Part shown: piece after piece, positions 8,083 to 17,673 of the stretch
Position numbering within the stretch: position 1 is the stretch's first letter
Layout of the letters: each line of letters starts with the position of its first letter
Assembly: GCA_023663135.1 (NCBI GenBank)
Contig: JAMPIE010000006.1
Location: 34,170-98,169, forward strand
Direction of reading: 5' to 3'
DNA from: Alloprevotella sp.
GTDB taxonomy: Bacteria; Bacteroidota; Bacteroidia; Bacteroidales; Muribaculaceae
DNA: 64,000 nt
Notes under the pieces: generated by a model
The model's database searches: none
Seen by the model: only the letters and a program-made list of their open reading frames with translations
Told to the model about the DNA's origin: nothing
Translations under genes and position numbers: made by a program

Positions 8083-8829
8083 TTATTGTTTACGGCTGAG
8101 AATGTGTTGAATTACGAGTGCGGCAAGATTAATGCCAAAGATAGATGTGATGTGGCATGCTGCGCCGTTGATAGATTTTTTGTTAAATGTCATTGCGCCT
8201 GATGTGTCGGGGAGATGATTGATGTGACTGGAAATTACGGGCTCGTCGGAGTAGACGCATTGAAATTTATGATGGGGAAACAGGCCAATCTTGCGGAAGT
8301 GGTGGCGCAAGGCAGCTGCAAGTGGACATCCAGTGACTTTCCAGAATTCAGCGGTCTTGACTTTGGCCGGATTAAGCCTTGATGCAGCTCCCATAGAAGA
8401 GCAGAAGTATAGGTTGCGGATGGCAGTTGCATTAAGTATTAACAGGGCTTTGTCGGCCAGGGAGTCAATGGCATCAATGACGTAGGTGTAGGCTGTTAGG
8501 TCAAAGCTGTCTTGAGTGGATGATGAATATCTTTTGACGATGGCGTTTACTTGTGTTTCGGGATTAATGTCAAGAATACGTTCTTTCATAACCTCGGCTT
8601 TAGGTCGGCCTATTGTTGATGAAAGAGCGATAAGCTGTCGGTTGACGTTGCTCTGAGCCACAGTGTCAGCATCAATGATGTCAATGTTGCCAATTCCGGA
8701 ACGTGCGAGGCATTCGGCGGCCCAGCTTCCTACGCCTCCGATTCCAAAGATGGCTACTTTTGCGTCGTGGAGCCGTTGAATACCTTCTCTCCCAGCCAGG
8801 ATTTCCATTCTGTGAAGTATAAGTGACAT
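8083..8829 (-). CDS. tcdA: ThiF/HesA family protein, tRNA threonylcarbamoyladenosine dehydratase-like
   Basis: GIGGVGSWAAECLARSG, DADTVAQSNVNRQ, VIDAIDS, SSMGAA and GCPLA motifs. Confidence 0.85.
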   Translation of the reverse strand: MSLILHRMEILAGREGIQRLHDAKVAIFGIGGVGSWAAECLARSGIGNIDIIDADTVAQSNVNRQLIALSSTIGRPKAEVMKERILDINPETQVNAIVKRYSSSTQDSFDLTAYTYVIDAIDSLADKALLILNATAIRNLYFCSSMGAASRLNPAKVKTAEFWKVTGCPLAAALRHHFRKIGLFPHHKFQCVYSDEPVISSHINHLPDTSGAMTFNKKSINGAACHITSIFGINLAALVIQHILSRKQ

Positions 8830-8918
8830 GATGGTCTGTAAGGTTGTAGATGTGATGATTAATTCCCTGTAGGCACTTTTGTGTCAGTCCGTCGGGTCAA
8901 AACTCGGCAATGGATTGA

Positions 8919-9278
8919 TTACTCTTGCTCTATGACCGGGGAGAGCTTTGATCGGAGCCGGTCAAGGATGGATGGCTTAAGTGCTTTGAGGTGAATGTTG
9001 ATGCTTGGGGAGTTTTTTAGCATGAAGATTATTGAGGCGGGGAGGATGATTGCTACATGGCGCTCGAAATCGAGGATGGCATGGATGCGGTCGAGAGCGA
9101 TGGAGTGGAAGGGAGATTCGGGGCTGACGGAACCTAAGGAGACGTTGTCGCCATCGATGGCGATATTGTGACAGTCCATTTCGGGGGAGAAGAGGAGTCC
9201 GATGTTGAGATCATAAGGTGATGCCGGCCGTTTACTGTATTTGCGGTATATGGCCTCGATGACTTTTTGAGTAATCAT
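8919..9278 (-). CDS. Hypothetical protein
   Basis: Globular-looking ORF (MITQKVIEAIYRKY...); start moved to ATG 9278. Confidence 0.7.
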   Translation of the reverse strand: MITQKVIEAIYRKYSKRPASPYDLNIGLLFSPEMDCHNIAIDGDNVSLGSVSPESPFHSIALDRIHAILDFERHVAIILPASIIFMLKNSPSINIHLKALKPSILDRLRSKLSPVIEQE

Positions 9279-9396
9279 GGGTTGAAGTGAGGGTTTGGGT
9301 GATAGGCGGATTGACTGGTAAGGTCGCTGAGTATTGGCGGCTTTGTCTTTACAACGCGCCAAATGCCATTAGGGTTCGCCCATGATTGAAAAAAAT

Positions 9397-9427
9397 AAGC
9401 CCCCTGCTTGAGAGGAGCAGGGAGCTT
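9397..9427 (-). terminator. Terminator of the decarboxylase operon
   Basis: AAGCCCCCTGCT...AGCAGGGGAGCTT hairpin with an adjacent A-run (U-tract on the minus strand). Confidence 0.65.
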
Positions 9428-9444
9428 AATGAATTTCAGGGTGG

Positions 9445-10602
9445 TCATGCCAGGAATCCGAGGAGGACGCCGGCAGCCACAGCCGAGCCGATCACACCGG
9501 CAACGTTGGGGCCCATGGCGTGCATGAGGAGATAGTTGCTGGGGTCATATTCAAGGCCGAGATTGTTGGAAATGCGTGCGCTCATGGGCACGGCAGATAC
9601 GCCGGCATTGCCAATGAGGGGATTGATTTTCTTATCTTTGGGCAAGACGAGGTTGAAGAGCTTGACAAAGAGCACACCGCTGGAAGAGGCAATGATAAAG
9701 GCCATGAATCCGAGGAAGAATATAAACACCGTTGAGGGGGTGAGGAACTCGGAGGCTTGGGTTGAGGCGCCGACTGTCATGCCAAGAAGGATAGTGACAA
9801 TGTCGGTGAGGGCATTAGAGGCGGTCTTAGCGAGTCGGGTGGTGACCCCGCATTCGCGCAGGAGGTTACCAAAGAAGAGCATTCCAAGCAGGGGGATGCC
9901 AGAAGGAACTACAAAGCAGGTAAGGATCATCCCGACGATGGGGAAGATGATTTTCTCGCTCTGAGCCACGGCACGGGCCGGTTTCATTTTAATAAGACGT
10001 TCTTTCTTGGTGGTGAAGAGCCTCATGATGGGGGGCTGGATGACCGGGACGAGAGCCATGTAGGAGTAGGCGGAGACGGCGATGGCGCCCATAAGGTTGG
10101 GAGCGAGCTTAGATGACAGGAATATAGCAGTCGGGCCGTCGGCTCCGCCGATGATGGCAATAGCGCCGGCCTGGTCGGGAGCAAATCCAATGGCGAGGGC
10201 CACCATATATGCGCCAAATATGCCAAACTGGGCAGCGGCGCCGATGAGCATCAGCTTGGGGTTGGCAATCAGAGCCGAGAAGTCGGTCATGGCGCCAATG
10301 CCTAAGAAGATGAGCGGGGGATACCATCCGGCGCTGACGCCATTGTAGAGGATGTTGAGGACGGAGCCTTGCTCATAGATGCCAATTTCAAGGCCGGCTT
10401 CGGTGTTGAAGGGGATATTGCCAATGAGCATACCGAAGCCGATGGGGACGAGCAGCATGGGCTCAAAATTCTTCTTGATGGCAAGCCATATGAAGAAGAG
10501 GCCCACGGCGAGCATGACAAAATGTTGCCATGTCGCGTTGTAGAAGCCTGTCAGATGCCAGAATTCTGTCAGGTTGCTGAGCATAAAATCACCGAATGAC
10601 AT
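9445..10602 (-). CDS. mmdB: Sodium-translocating decarboxylase beta subunit (MmdB/OadB)
   Basis: [34 protein letters not shown] and [13 protein letters not shown] motifs. Confidence 0.93.
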   Translation of the reverse strand: MSFGDFMLSNLTEFWHLTGFYNATWQHFVMLAVGLFFIWLAIKKNFEPMLLVPIGFGMLIGNIPFNTEAGLEIGIYEQGSVLNILYNGVSAGWYPPLIFLGIGAMTDFSALIANPKLMLIGAAAQFGIFGAYMVALAIGFAPDQAGAIAIIGGADGPTAIFLSSKLAPNLMGAIAVSAYSYMALVPVIQPPIMRLFTTKKERLIKMKPARAVAQSEKIIFPIVGMILTCFVVPSGIPLLGMLFFGNLLRECGVTTRLAKTASNALTDIVTILLGMTVGASTQASEFLTPSTVFIFFLGFMAFIIASSSGVLFVKLFNLVLPKDKKINPLIGNAGVSAVPMSARISNNLGLEYDPSNYLLMHAMGPNVAGVIGSAVAAGVLLGFLA

Positions 10603-10641
10603 TGCTTGTAATATTATAATATAAGGTGTGGGTCGGTGAGA

Positions 10642-11079
10642 TTATTCGAGAGTGATGATGGGGGCGCCTTCGAGGACGGCATCTCCGGCTGAGACGTTGA
10701 TAGCGGCCACCGTTCCGGCTCGGCCGGCACGGATGGCATTTTCCATCTTCATGGCTTCGAGGACAGCTACAGTGTCGGCAGCAGCAACGGTGTCGCCAAC
10801 CTTAACAGAGATGCTGAGTACAGTTCCAGGGAGGGGAGCCTTAACTTGGAAGGCGCCTGCAGGGGCTGCGGAGGGCTTTGATATTACCTTGGCGCCAGAC
10901 TCAGTGCGAGGGGCGGAAGAGGGCTTAGGAGCCGAGACCACCTTAATGGGAGCTTTGGTCTCTGAGAGTTCAACGCGATAGGGAGTGCCGTTGACCTCTA
11001 CCTGGGCAATGTTGTTGTCAATATCGCCGACAGCCACAGTGTAGTTGGTGCCGTTGATTTTATATTTATATTCTTTCAT
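10642..11079 (-). CDS. mmdC: Biotin carboxyl carrier subunit
   Basis: EAMKM biotinylation motif and Ala/Pro linker; start ATG 11079 (MKEYKYKING). Confidence 0.92.
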   Translation of the reverse strand: MKEYKYKINGTNYTVAVGDIDNNIAQVEVNGTPYRVELSETKAPIKVVSAPKPSSAPRTESGAKVISKPSAAPAGAFQVKAPLPGTVLSISVKVGDTVAAADTVAVLEAMKMENAIRAGRAGTVAAINVSAGDAVLEGAPIITLE

Positions 11080-11111
11080 GATTGGAAATACGGTTGATGG
11101 ATGAGTTGAAA

Positions 11112-12020
11112 TCAGCGGCGAGGTAGCTCGCGGAGTCCGTATATTTTGGAGCTCCATGGGGAATAGGCTCGCTTTACCTTATTGATGGTGAGGACGGTGC
11201 TCTCCGTGTCGTGGGCATTAAGGTGCTGATAGAGAGCCATGCCGATGGCGGCAATCTCTTCTCCGGAGTCATGCTGGGGGTGTTCAGTTTCTGATGCCGG
11301 GTCGATGCCATGAGCTTTGGCTTTTTCCTGGCGCATTTTGCGGGCGCCAAGCTTGCTGATAAAGAGGAAGCAGAGGGCGAGGATGAGCAAAGCGGAGAAT
11401 ACAATGGCCATGGCCATGATGGCCATGGCGACACCATTGGCATCGTTTTGCTTAAACATCTCTACTTTGTTGTTTTGCTCGCGCACGACATTGGCCGAAG
11501 AGGGAGTGGTGTTGCCAATAGCTTGGTTTGCATCGTCGCGCACTTCCCAACCCTCCTGCCCGTCATGTTTTCGGGCATATGATTGATTGGCAGTGAGGGA
11601 GGCGGGGATTGTCACAGAGTCTATGAGGGCTTGCCCATCGGCCTCATATATACCAATCCAGTTGTCTTGGCCCTCTTTAAGAGTGAAAGAGGTGTGGAAG
11701 GTGCCGCGTGTGGGCATTCCGTCGGTCCAGAAGAGGACATGCTGACGCTTGGGCATTTTGGTGTTGACGTCACCCAAAGGAACAGCATACATCTTGGGGT
11801 TGGCCGGGTCGGTAGTGATATAAATGCTGGATATTTCCAGGGGGGCATGGGCTGAGTTGAAGAGTTCAATCCAGCCGTGACGTTCGCCAAAGTCGTCAAC
11901 GAAGTTGTTGGTGTTGGTTACCATCACTTCGTTGATTTTCAGCGCACGACGGGCTTGAGCCGAGATGGATGCCACTCCGCCAATAAGCACCGCAAGGAGC
12001 AGAAATATAGATTTTTTCAT
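11112..12020 (-). CDS. Lamin-tail domain / OadG-family decarboxylase subunit
   Basis: Signal peptide, INEVM...WIELFN lamin-tail motif, transmembrane helix and EEIAAIGMAL OadG motif. Confidence 0.85.
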   Translation of the reverse strand: MKKSIFLLLAVLIGGVASISAQARRALKINEVMVTNTNNFVDDFGERHGWIELFNSAHAPLEISSIYITTDPANPKMYAVPLGDVNTKMPKRQHVLFWTDGMPTRGTFHTSFTLKEGQDNWIGIYEADGQALIDSVTIPASLTANQSYARKHDGQEGWEVRDDANQAIGNTTPSSANVVREQNNKVEMFKQNDANGVAMAIMAMAIVFSALLILALCFLFISKLGARKMRQEKAKAHGIDPASETEHPQHDSGEEIAAIGMALYQHLNAHDTESTVLTINKVKRAYSPWSSKIYGLRELPRR

Positions 12021-12044
12021 GCTAATGGATTGGATGCTTATATG

Positions 12045-13598
12045 TTAGAGAGGAATGTTGCCATGTTTTTTGGCAGGATTTGTCACCTTCTTTGTGGCGA
12101 GCTGCTGGAGGGCGCGGATGATGCGGAAACGTGTGTTGCGGGGCTCAATTACGTCGTCGATATATCCATATCGAGCGGCGTTGTAGGGGTTACAGAATAG
12201 CTTGTTATATTCTTCTTCTTTTTCTTTGAGCACTTTGGCGGGGTCTTCAGAAGCCTTTGCTTCCTTAGCATACAGCACCTCTACGGCACCAGCGCCACCC
12301 ATGACGGCAATCTCAGCAGTGGGCCATGCATAATTCATGTCACCTCGCAGTTGCTTGCAGCTCATAACGATATGTGAGCCGCCATAGCTCTTGCGGAGAG
12401 TTACGGTTACCTTGGGCACGGTGGCTTCGCCGTAGGCATAGAGGAGCTTGGCGCCGTGGAGGATTACGCCGTTATATTCCTGGCCGGTGCCGGGAAGGAA
12501 TCCGGGAACGTCGACGAGGGTGACGAGAGGAATGTTGAAGGCATCGCAGAAGCGGACGAAGCGAGCTGCCTTGCGAGAGGCGTTGCTGTCGAGGACGCCG
12601 GCGAGATATTTAGGCTGATTGGCCACGATGCCTACACTCTGACCATTGAAGCGAGCAAAGCCAACGATGATGTTTTTGGCATAGTCGCGCTGCACCTCGA
12701 GGAACTCGCCATTGTCGATAATGGCTCCAATCACCTCATACATGTCATATGGCTTGTTGGCTGAGTCGGGGATGATCTCGTTGAGAGAATCTTCCAGACG
12801 ATCGATCGGGTCGTTACACTCAACGAGGGGAGCCTCTTCGAGATTATTTTGGGGAATGAAGCTCATGAGCTTGCGAATGATGGAGAGGGTCTCTTCGCCA
12901 TCCTCAGCTGCAAAATGACACACGCCACTCTTGGTGGAATGCACTTCGGCACCGCCGAGGTCTTCTTGTGACACATCCTCACCAGTCACGGTCTTAACAA
13001 CCTTAGGCCCGGTGAGAAACATATAGGAGATGCCCTTGGTCATGATAGTGAAGTCAGTCAAGGCCGGGCTATATACTGCTCCGCCGGCGCAGGGGCCGAG
13101 GATGCCTGAAATCTGAGGGATAACTCCGGAGGCAAGGATGTTGCGCTGGAAGATCTCGGCATATCCAGAGAGGGCATTGATGCCTTCCTGAATACGAGCG
13201 CCGCCAGAATCGTTGAGGCCAACGACGGGGGCGCCCATCTTCATAGCCATGTCCATGATCTTGCAAATCTTCTGAGCCATGGTCTCAGATAGTGAGCCGC
13301 CAAAGACAGTAAAGTCTTGAGCGAATACATAGACCAGTCGGCCATCTATCGTACCGTAGCCGGTGACAACACCGTCGCCGAGGAAGCTTTTCTTTTCCTG
13401 TCCGAAGTTGTAACAACGGTGGCGCACAAACATATCAATTTCCTCAAACGAGCCTTCGTCAAGGAGTTGGGCAATGCGCTCGCGGGCAGTATATTTGCCG
13501 CGTTCATGTTGTTTCTGGATGGCTTTTTCGCCGCCACCGAGTCGAGCTTCATTGCGGAGGGCAATGAGCTCCTGCACTTTGGCAAGTTGATTGCTCAT
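12045..13598 (-). CDS. mmdA: Methylmalonyl-CoA decarboxylase alpha subunit (carboxyltransferase)
   Basis: [30 protein letters not shown] and KKHGNIPL motifs; operon context. Confidence 0.93.
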   Translation of the reverse strand: MSNQLAKVQELIALRNEARLGGGEKAIQKQHERGKYTARERIAQLLDEGSFEEIDMFVRHRCYNFGQEKKSFLGDGVVTGYGTIDGRLVYVFAQDFTVFGGSLSETMAQKICKIMDMAMKMGAPVVGLNDSGGARIQEGINALSGYAEIFQRNILASGVIPQISGILGPCAGGAVYSPALTDFTIMTKGISYMFLTGPKVVKTVTGEDVSQEDLGGAEVHSTKSGVCHFAAEDGEETLSIIRKLMSFIPQNNLEEAPLVECNDPIDRLEDSLNEIIPDSANKPYDMYEVIGAIIDNGEFLEVQRDYAKNIIVGFARFNGQSVGIVANQPKYLAGVLDSNASRKAARFVRFCDAFNIPLVTLVDVPGFLPGTGQEYNGVILHGAKLLYAYGEATVPKVTVTLRKSYGGSHIVMSCKQLRGDMNYAWPTAEIAVMGGAGAVEVLYAKEAKASEDPAKVLKEKEEEYNKLFCNPYNAARYGYIDDVIEPRNTRFRIIRALQQLATKKVTNPAKKHGNIPL

Positions 13599-13635
13599 TA
13601 TAATATAGTTGAATGATTATCAGAGGAGGGGTTGG

Positions 13636-14058
13636 TTACATCTTCTTGGGGTCCTCACAAAGCTCAATGAGGGCACCGCAAGTGCTCTTGGGGTGGAGGA
13701 AGGCAATGTTAAGGCCTTCTGCACCCTTACGGGGAGCCTTATCGATGAGGCGGCATCCTTTTTCGGCAGCCTCCTCAAGGGCTGGAGCCACACCGTCGGC
13801 CATGGCAAAGGCTATGTGCTGGATGCCTCCGCGACCGCCGTTATTCTCAATAAACTTGGCTATAGCGCTTTCGGGGGCTGTAGCTTCAAGGAGCTCTATC
13901 TTTGTCTGGCCCACTTGAAAGAAAGCGGTGCGCACCTTTTGGTCTGCCACTTCTTCGATAGCAAAACACTTGAGGCCCAATATGTTTTCATAGAAAGGGA
14001 TAGCCTCGTCAAGGGATGGAACGGCTATTCCAACATGCTCAATGTGAGATATGTTCAT
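13636..14058 (-). CDS. mce: Methylmalonyl-CoA epimerase
   Basis: VOC fold with HVGIAV, IELLE, GIQHIAF, FLHPKST and IELCE; first gene of the mmd operon; TATCTTTG box at 14141-14148. Confidence 0.94.
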   Translation of the reverse strand: MNISHIEHVGIAVPSLDEAIPFYENILGLKCFAIEEVADQKVRTAFFQVGQTKIELLEATAPESAIAKFIENNGGRGGIQHIAFAMADGVAPALEEAAEKGCRLIDKAPRKGAEGLNIAFLHPKSTCGALIELCEDPKKM

Positions 14059-14213
14059 TGTGGATGAATGTGTTGATGGTTATCGTTGCGTGATTTCGCA
14101 AGTTGCCGACCTAAAGGACGGACTTGGCGTTAATCATGGGCAAAGATAGCAAAAATTATCAGTTACACCTAATTTATTTAATGACTAAATTTTATATGGC
14201 CGACTTTATGATT

Positions 14214-14236
14214 AAAACTGACATAATGTCAGTTTT
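14214..14236. promoter_or_regulatory. Perfect dyad upstream of dnaK (putative regulator site)
   Basis: AAAACTGACAT-A-ATGTCAGTTTT, 11-bp arms. Confidence 0.6.
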
Positions 14237-14302
14237 TTCAATTCACTATTGTGATAAATAAATATCGTTGTCTCACAATAGTTTACACGCATTTCAACTT
14301 TT

Positions 14303-14318
14303 TTGGCACAAGAATTGT
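14303..14318 (+). promoter_or_regulatory. sigma54-like -24/-12 promoter for dnaK
   Basis: TTGGCAC-AAGAA-TTGT: canonical TGGCAC-N5 spacing, with TTGT instead of TTGC at -12. Confidence 0.5.
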
Positions 14319-14423
14319 TTCATATTCAGAACGACGGGCGTGGCCAAGTGTTGACAAGGCATTGCGACCGCCCTCTTAACCAAAAGAATATTAACAAAAT
14401 TTCCATAATCAACATTTACCATT

Positions 14424-16340
14424 ATGGCTAACAGCAAGATAATAGGCATAGATCTTGGCACGACCAACTCATGCGTATCTGTCCTTGAGGGTAACGACCC
14501 TGTCGTGATACCCAATAGCGAGGGTCGTAACACCACTCCCTCAATCGTAGCCTTCGTTGATGGCGGCGAACGCAAGGTGGGCGATCCTGCCAAACGTCAA
14601 GCTATCACCAACCCTAAGCGCACCATCTACTCAATCAAGCGTTTTATGGGCGAGACCTACGACCAGGTTAAAAACGAGATAGAGCGTGTCCCCTACAAGG
14701 TGGTTCGCGCCGATAACAACACCCCCCGCGTAGACATCGACGGACGTGAATACACCCCTCAGGAGATTTCAGCAATGATCCTTCAGAAGATGAAGAAGAC
14801 AGCCGAAGACTTCTTAGGTCAATCAGTAACCGAAGCAGTTATCACTGTCCCCGCTTACTTCAATGACTCACAGCGCCAAGCCACTAAAGAGGCAGGAGAG
14901 ATTGCCGGCCTCACCGTCCGCCGTATCGTCAACGAGCCCACAGCGGCAGCCCTTGCTTATGGTCTCGATAAGACCGACAAGGACCAGAAGATAGCAGTGT
15001 TTGACCTCGGTGGTGGCACCTTTGATATCTCCATTCTTGAACTTGGCGATGGTGTGTTTGAGGTGAAGAGCACCAACGGCGACACCCACCTCGGCGGCGA
15101 CGATTTTGACCACGTAATAATCGACTGGCTCGCCAGCGAATTTGAAAAAGAGGAGGGCATTGACCTGCGCAAAGACCCCATGGCTCTTCAGCGCCTTAAG
15201 GAGGCCGCCGAGAAAGCCAAGATAGAACTCTCGTCCACCACCTCTACCGAGATTAACCTCCCTTATATCACTGCAACTGCCACCGGGCCTAAACACCTTG
15301 TCAAGACCCTCACACGAGCACAGTTTGAGCAGCTCGCCGACAAGCTCATCCAGGCCACCATACCTCCTTGCGAGCAGGCGCTTAAAGATGCCGGTCTTTC
15401 TAAAGGCGAGATTGATGAGGTGATCCTCGTAGGTGGCTCCACCCGTATCCCCGCCATCCAGCAGATTGTCGAAAAATTCTTTGGTAAGACCCCCTCAAAG
15501 GGTGTTAACCCCGACGAAGTAGTTGCTGTGGGCGCTGCCATCCAAGGAGCAGTCCTCTCCGGCGACATTAACAAGGACATACAGCTTCTCGACGTTGTTC
15601 CTCTCTCAGTAGGTATTGAGACCCTTGGTGGAGTGATGACCAAGCTCATCGAGGCCAATACCACCATACCTACCCGTAAGAGCGAGACATTCTCAACTGC
15701 CGCCGACAATCAGCCCTCGGTTGAAATCCATGTGCTTCAGGGAGAGCGCCCCATGGCCAAGGATGATAAGACTCTTGGCAAGTTCCACCTTGATGGGATT
15801 GCCCCCGCTCCCCGTGGTATACCGCAGATTGAGGTTACCTTTGAGATTGATGCCAACGGCATCCTCAATGTCTCAGCCAAGGACAAGGCCACAGGCAAGG
15901 AACAGAGCATCCGCATTGAGGCCTCAAGTGGCCTAAGCGATGCCGAAATCAAGCGCATGAAGGATGAGGCCGCCGCCAATGCCGATGCCGACGCTAAGGA
16001 AAAAGAGCGAGCAGATAAGCTCAATCATGCCGATAGCCTCATCTTCCAGACCGAAAAGCAGCTCAATGAGCTCGGCGACAAGATTCCTGCCGACAAGAAA
16101 GCCCCCATTGAGACTGCGCTCCAGCAGCTTAAAGAGGCTCATAAGGCTCAAGACCTTGCTGGCATAGATGCTGCCACCAAGGCCATCGAGACAGCCTTTG
16201 GCGCAGCTCAGCAAGATATCCTCAACGCTCAGGCTCAGGCTCAGCAGAGCGCTAATTCCGGAGCCGGCCAGCAGCCTGGCAATGGAGGCGCGTCGCCCCA
16301 CGACGATGTGACTGACGTAGAGTTTGAGGAAGTGAAATAA
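14424..16340 (+). CDS. dnaK: Chaperone DnaK (Hsp70)
   Basis: [33 protein letters not shown] and GVNPDEVVA motifs. Confidence 0.99.
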   Translation: MANSKIIGIDLGTTNSCVSVLEGNDPVVIPNSEGRNTTPSIVAFVDGGERKVGDPAKRQAITNPKRTIYSIKRFMGETYDQVKNEIERVPYKVVRADNNTPRVDIDGREYTPQEISAMILQKMKKTAEDFLGQSVTEAVITVPAYFNDSQRQATKEAGEIAGLTVRRIVNEPTAAALAYGLDKTDKDQKIAVFDLGGGTFDISILELGDGVFEVKSTNGDTHLGGDDFDHVIIDWLASEFEKEEGIDLRKDPMALQRLKEAAEKAKIELSSTTSTEINLPYITATATGPKHLVKTLTRAQFEQLADKLIQATIPPCEQALKDAGLSKGEIDEVILVGGSTRIPAIQQIVEKFFGKTPSKGVNPDEVVAVGAAIQGAVLSGDINKDIQLLDVVPLSVGIETLGGVMTKLIEANTTIPTRKSETFSTAADNQPSVEIHVLQGERPMAKDDKTLGKFHLDGIAPAPRGIPQIEVTFEIDANGILNVSAKDKATGKEQSIRIEASSGLSDAEIKRMKDEAAANADADAKEKERADKLNHADSLIFQTEKQLNELGDKIPADKKAPIETALQQLKEAHKAQDLAGIDAATKAIETAFGAAQQDILNAQAQAQQSANSGAGQQPGNGGASPHDDVTDVEFEEVK

Positions 16341-16378
16341 CGAAAGTCCTTTCTGTAAATCCTAAAATAATTGATAAG

Positions 16379-16408
16379 CGGAGTGTAATCCAATATGATT
16401 GCACTCCG
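16379..16408 (+). terminator. dnaK terminator
   Basis: CGGAGTGTAATC-caatat-GATTGCACTCCG followed by TTTAATT. Confidence 0.7.
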
Positions 16409-16641
16409 TTTAATTGTTAGCCCTACATGGGCATAATCTGTAGGCATCCGAAAATGAGAATCAGTCAAAGTCTTTGATTTTGGTCTCCGATTGGGTCTAC
16501 ATTCACACGGCACATCCACGTTTATATGGTGAATAGTTGGGCAAATGGTATGCAAGAATATGTTGCATTTTGTTGCCGATTTTTGTAGGGTTAATAATAA
16601 AAGAGTAATTTTGCGGCTGAAATCCACCAAATCATCATACA

Positions 16642-17664
16642 ATGTCTAAGGAATTAGATTGGAGTAACCTCTCGTTTGGCTACATCCCCACTGATTACAA
16701 TGTCCGCTGCCGTTATGCCGACGGCAAATGGGGGCCAATAGAGGTCTCCCAGTCGGAGTATATCAATATGCATATGGCCGCCACATGCCTTCATTATGGG
16801 CAAGAGGTGTTTGAGGGCCTTAAAGCATTCCGAGGTAAGGATGGCAAGATACGCATCTTCCGCCTCCACGATAATGCTCGGCGCATCATCGAGAGTGCTC
16901 GTGGCATCAGGATGGAACCAGTGCCGGAGGAGCTATTCTGCGAGATGGCCGTTAAGGCCGTGAAGCTCAACGAGCGTTTTGTTCCACCCTATGGTAGCGG
17001 TGCGTCGCTTTATATCCGGCCAATAGAGCTGGGCATGAGCGCACAGATTGGTGTCCATCCCTCGACAGAATATCTCTTCATGATACTTGTCACACCAGTT
17101 GGCCCTTACTTCAAGGAAGGTTTCCGCCCCACCAATATATGTATTATGAGGGAGTTTGACCGCGTGGCCCCCAAGGGCACCGGCCGATGGAAGGTTGGAG
17201 GCAACTATGCCGCATCTATGGATGCCGGCGAGAAAGCTCATGAGCTTGGTTACTCGGCTGTACTTTACCTTGATCCTCGTGAGAAGAAATATCTTGACGA
17301 GTGTGGCCCCGCCAACTTCTTTGCTATTAAGGATGGAGTGTATATCACCCCCGCGAGCGAGTCGATACTCCCCTCGGTGACCAATAATAGCCTTATGGCC
17401 TTGGCTCAAGATATGGACATCAAGGTTGAGCGGCGCCATATACCTGTAGAGGAGCTTGCCGTAATAGATGAGGCAGCTGCATGTGGCACAGCCGCTGTAG
17501 CATCGCCTATTGCTGAGATAGACGACCTCGATACCGGCAAGAAATACGTCGTGGCAAAGGATGGAGAGCCGGGACCTATTACCACCCGTCTCTACAACCG
17601 CTTACGCGCCATCCAGCTCGGCGAAGAGCCTGATATCCATGGTTGGAACACTATAGTGGAATAA
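16642..17664 (+). CDS. ilvE: Branched-chain amino acid aminotransferase
   Basis: LHYGQEVFEGLKA, WKVGGNYAAS, ILPSVTN and ACGTAAV motifs; TAATTTTG box at 16606-16613. Confidence 0.95.
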   Translation: MSKELDWSNLSFGYIPTDYNVRCRYADGKWGPIEVSQSEYINMHMAATCLHYGQEVFEGLKAFRGKDGKIRIFRLHDNARRIIESARGIRMEPVPEELFCEMAVKAVKLNERFVPPYGSGASLYIRPIELGMSAQIGVHPSTEYLFMILVTPVGPYFKEGFRPTNICIMREFDRVAPKGTGRWKVGGNYAASMDAGEKAHELGYSAVLYLDPREKKYLDECGPANFFAIKDGVYITPASESILPSVTNNSLMALAQDMDIKVERRHIPVEELAVIDEAAACGTAAVASPIAEIDDLDTGKKYVVAKDGEPGPITTRLYNRLRAIQLGEEPDIHGWNTIVE

Positions 17665-17673
17665 GCCCATCTG

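Noticed and set aside
11112-12020. Lamin-tail/OadG fusion as a novelty
   Set aside because: This architecture is usual in Bacteroidales mmd operons.
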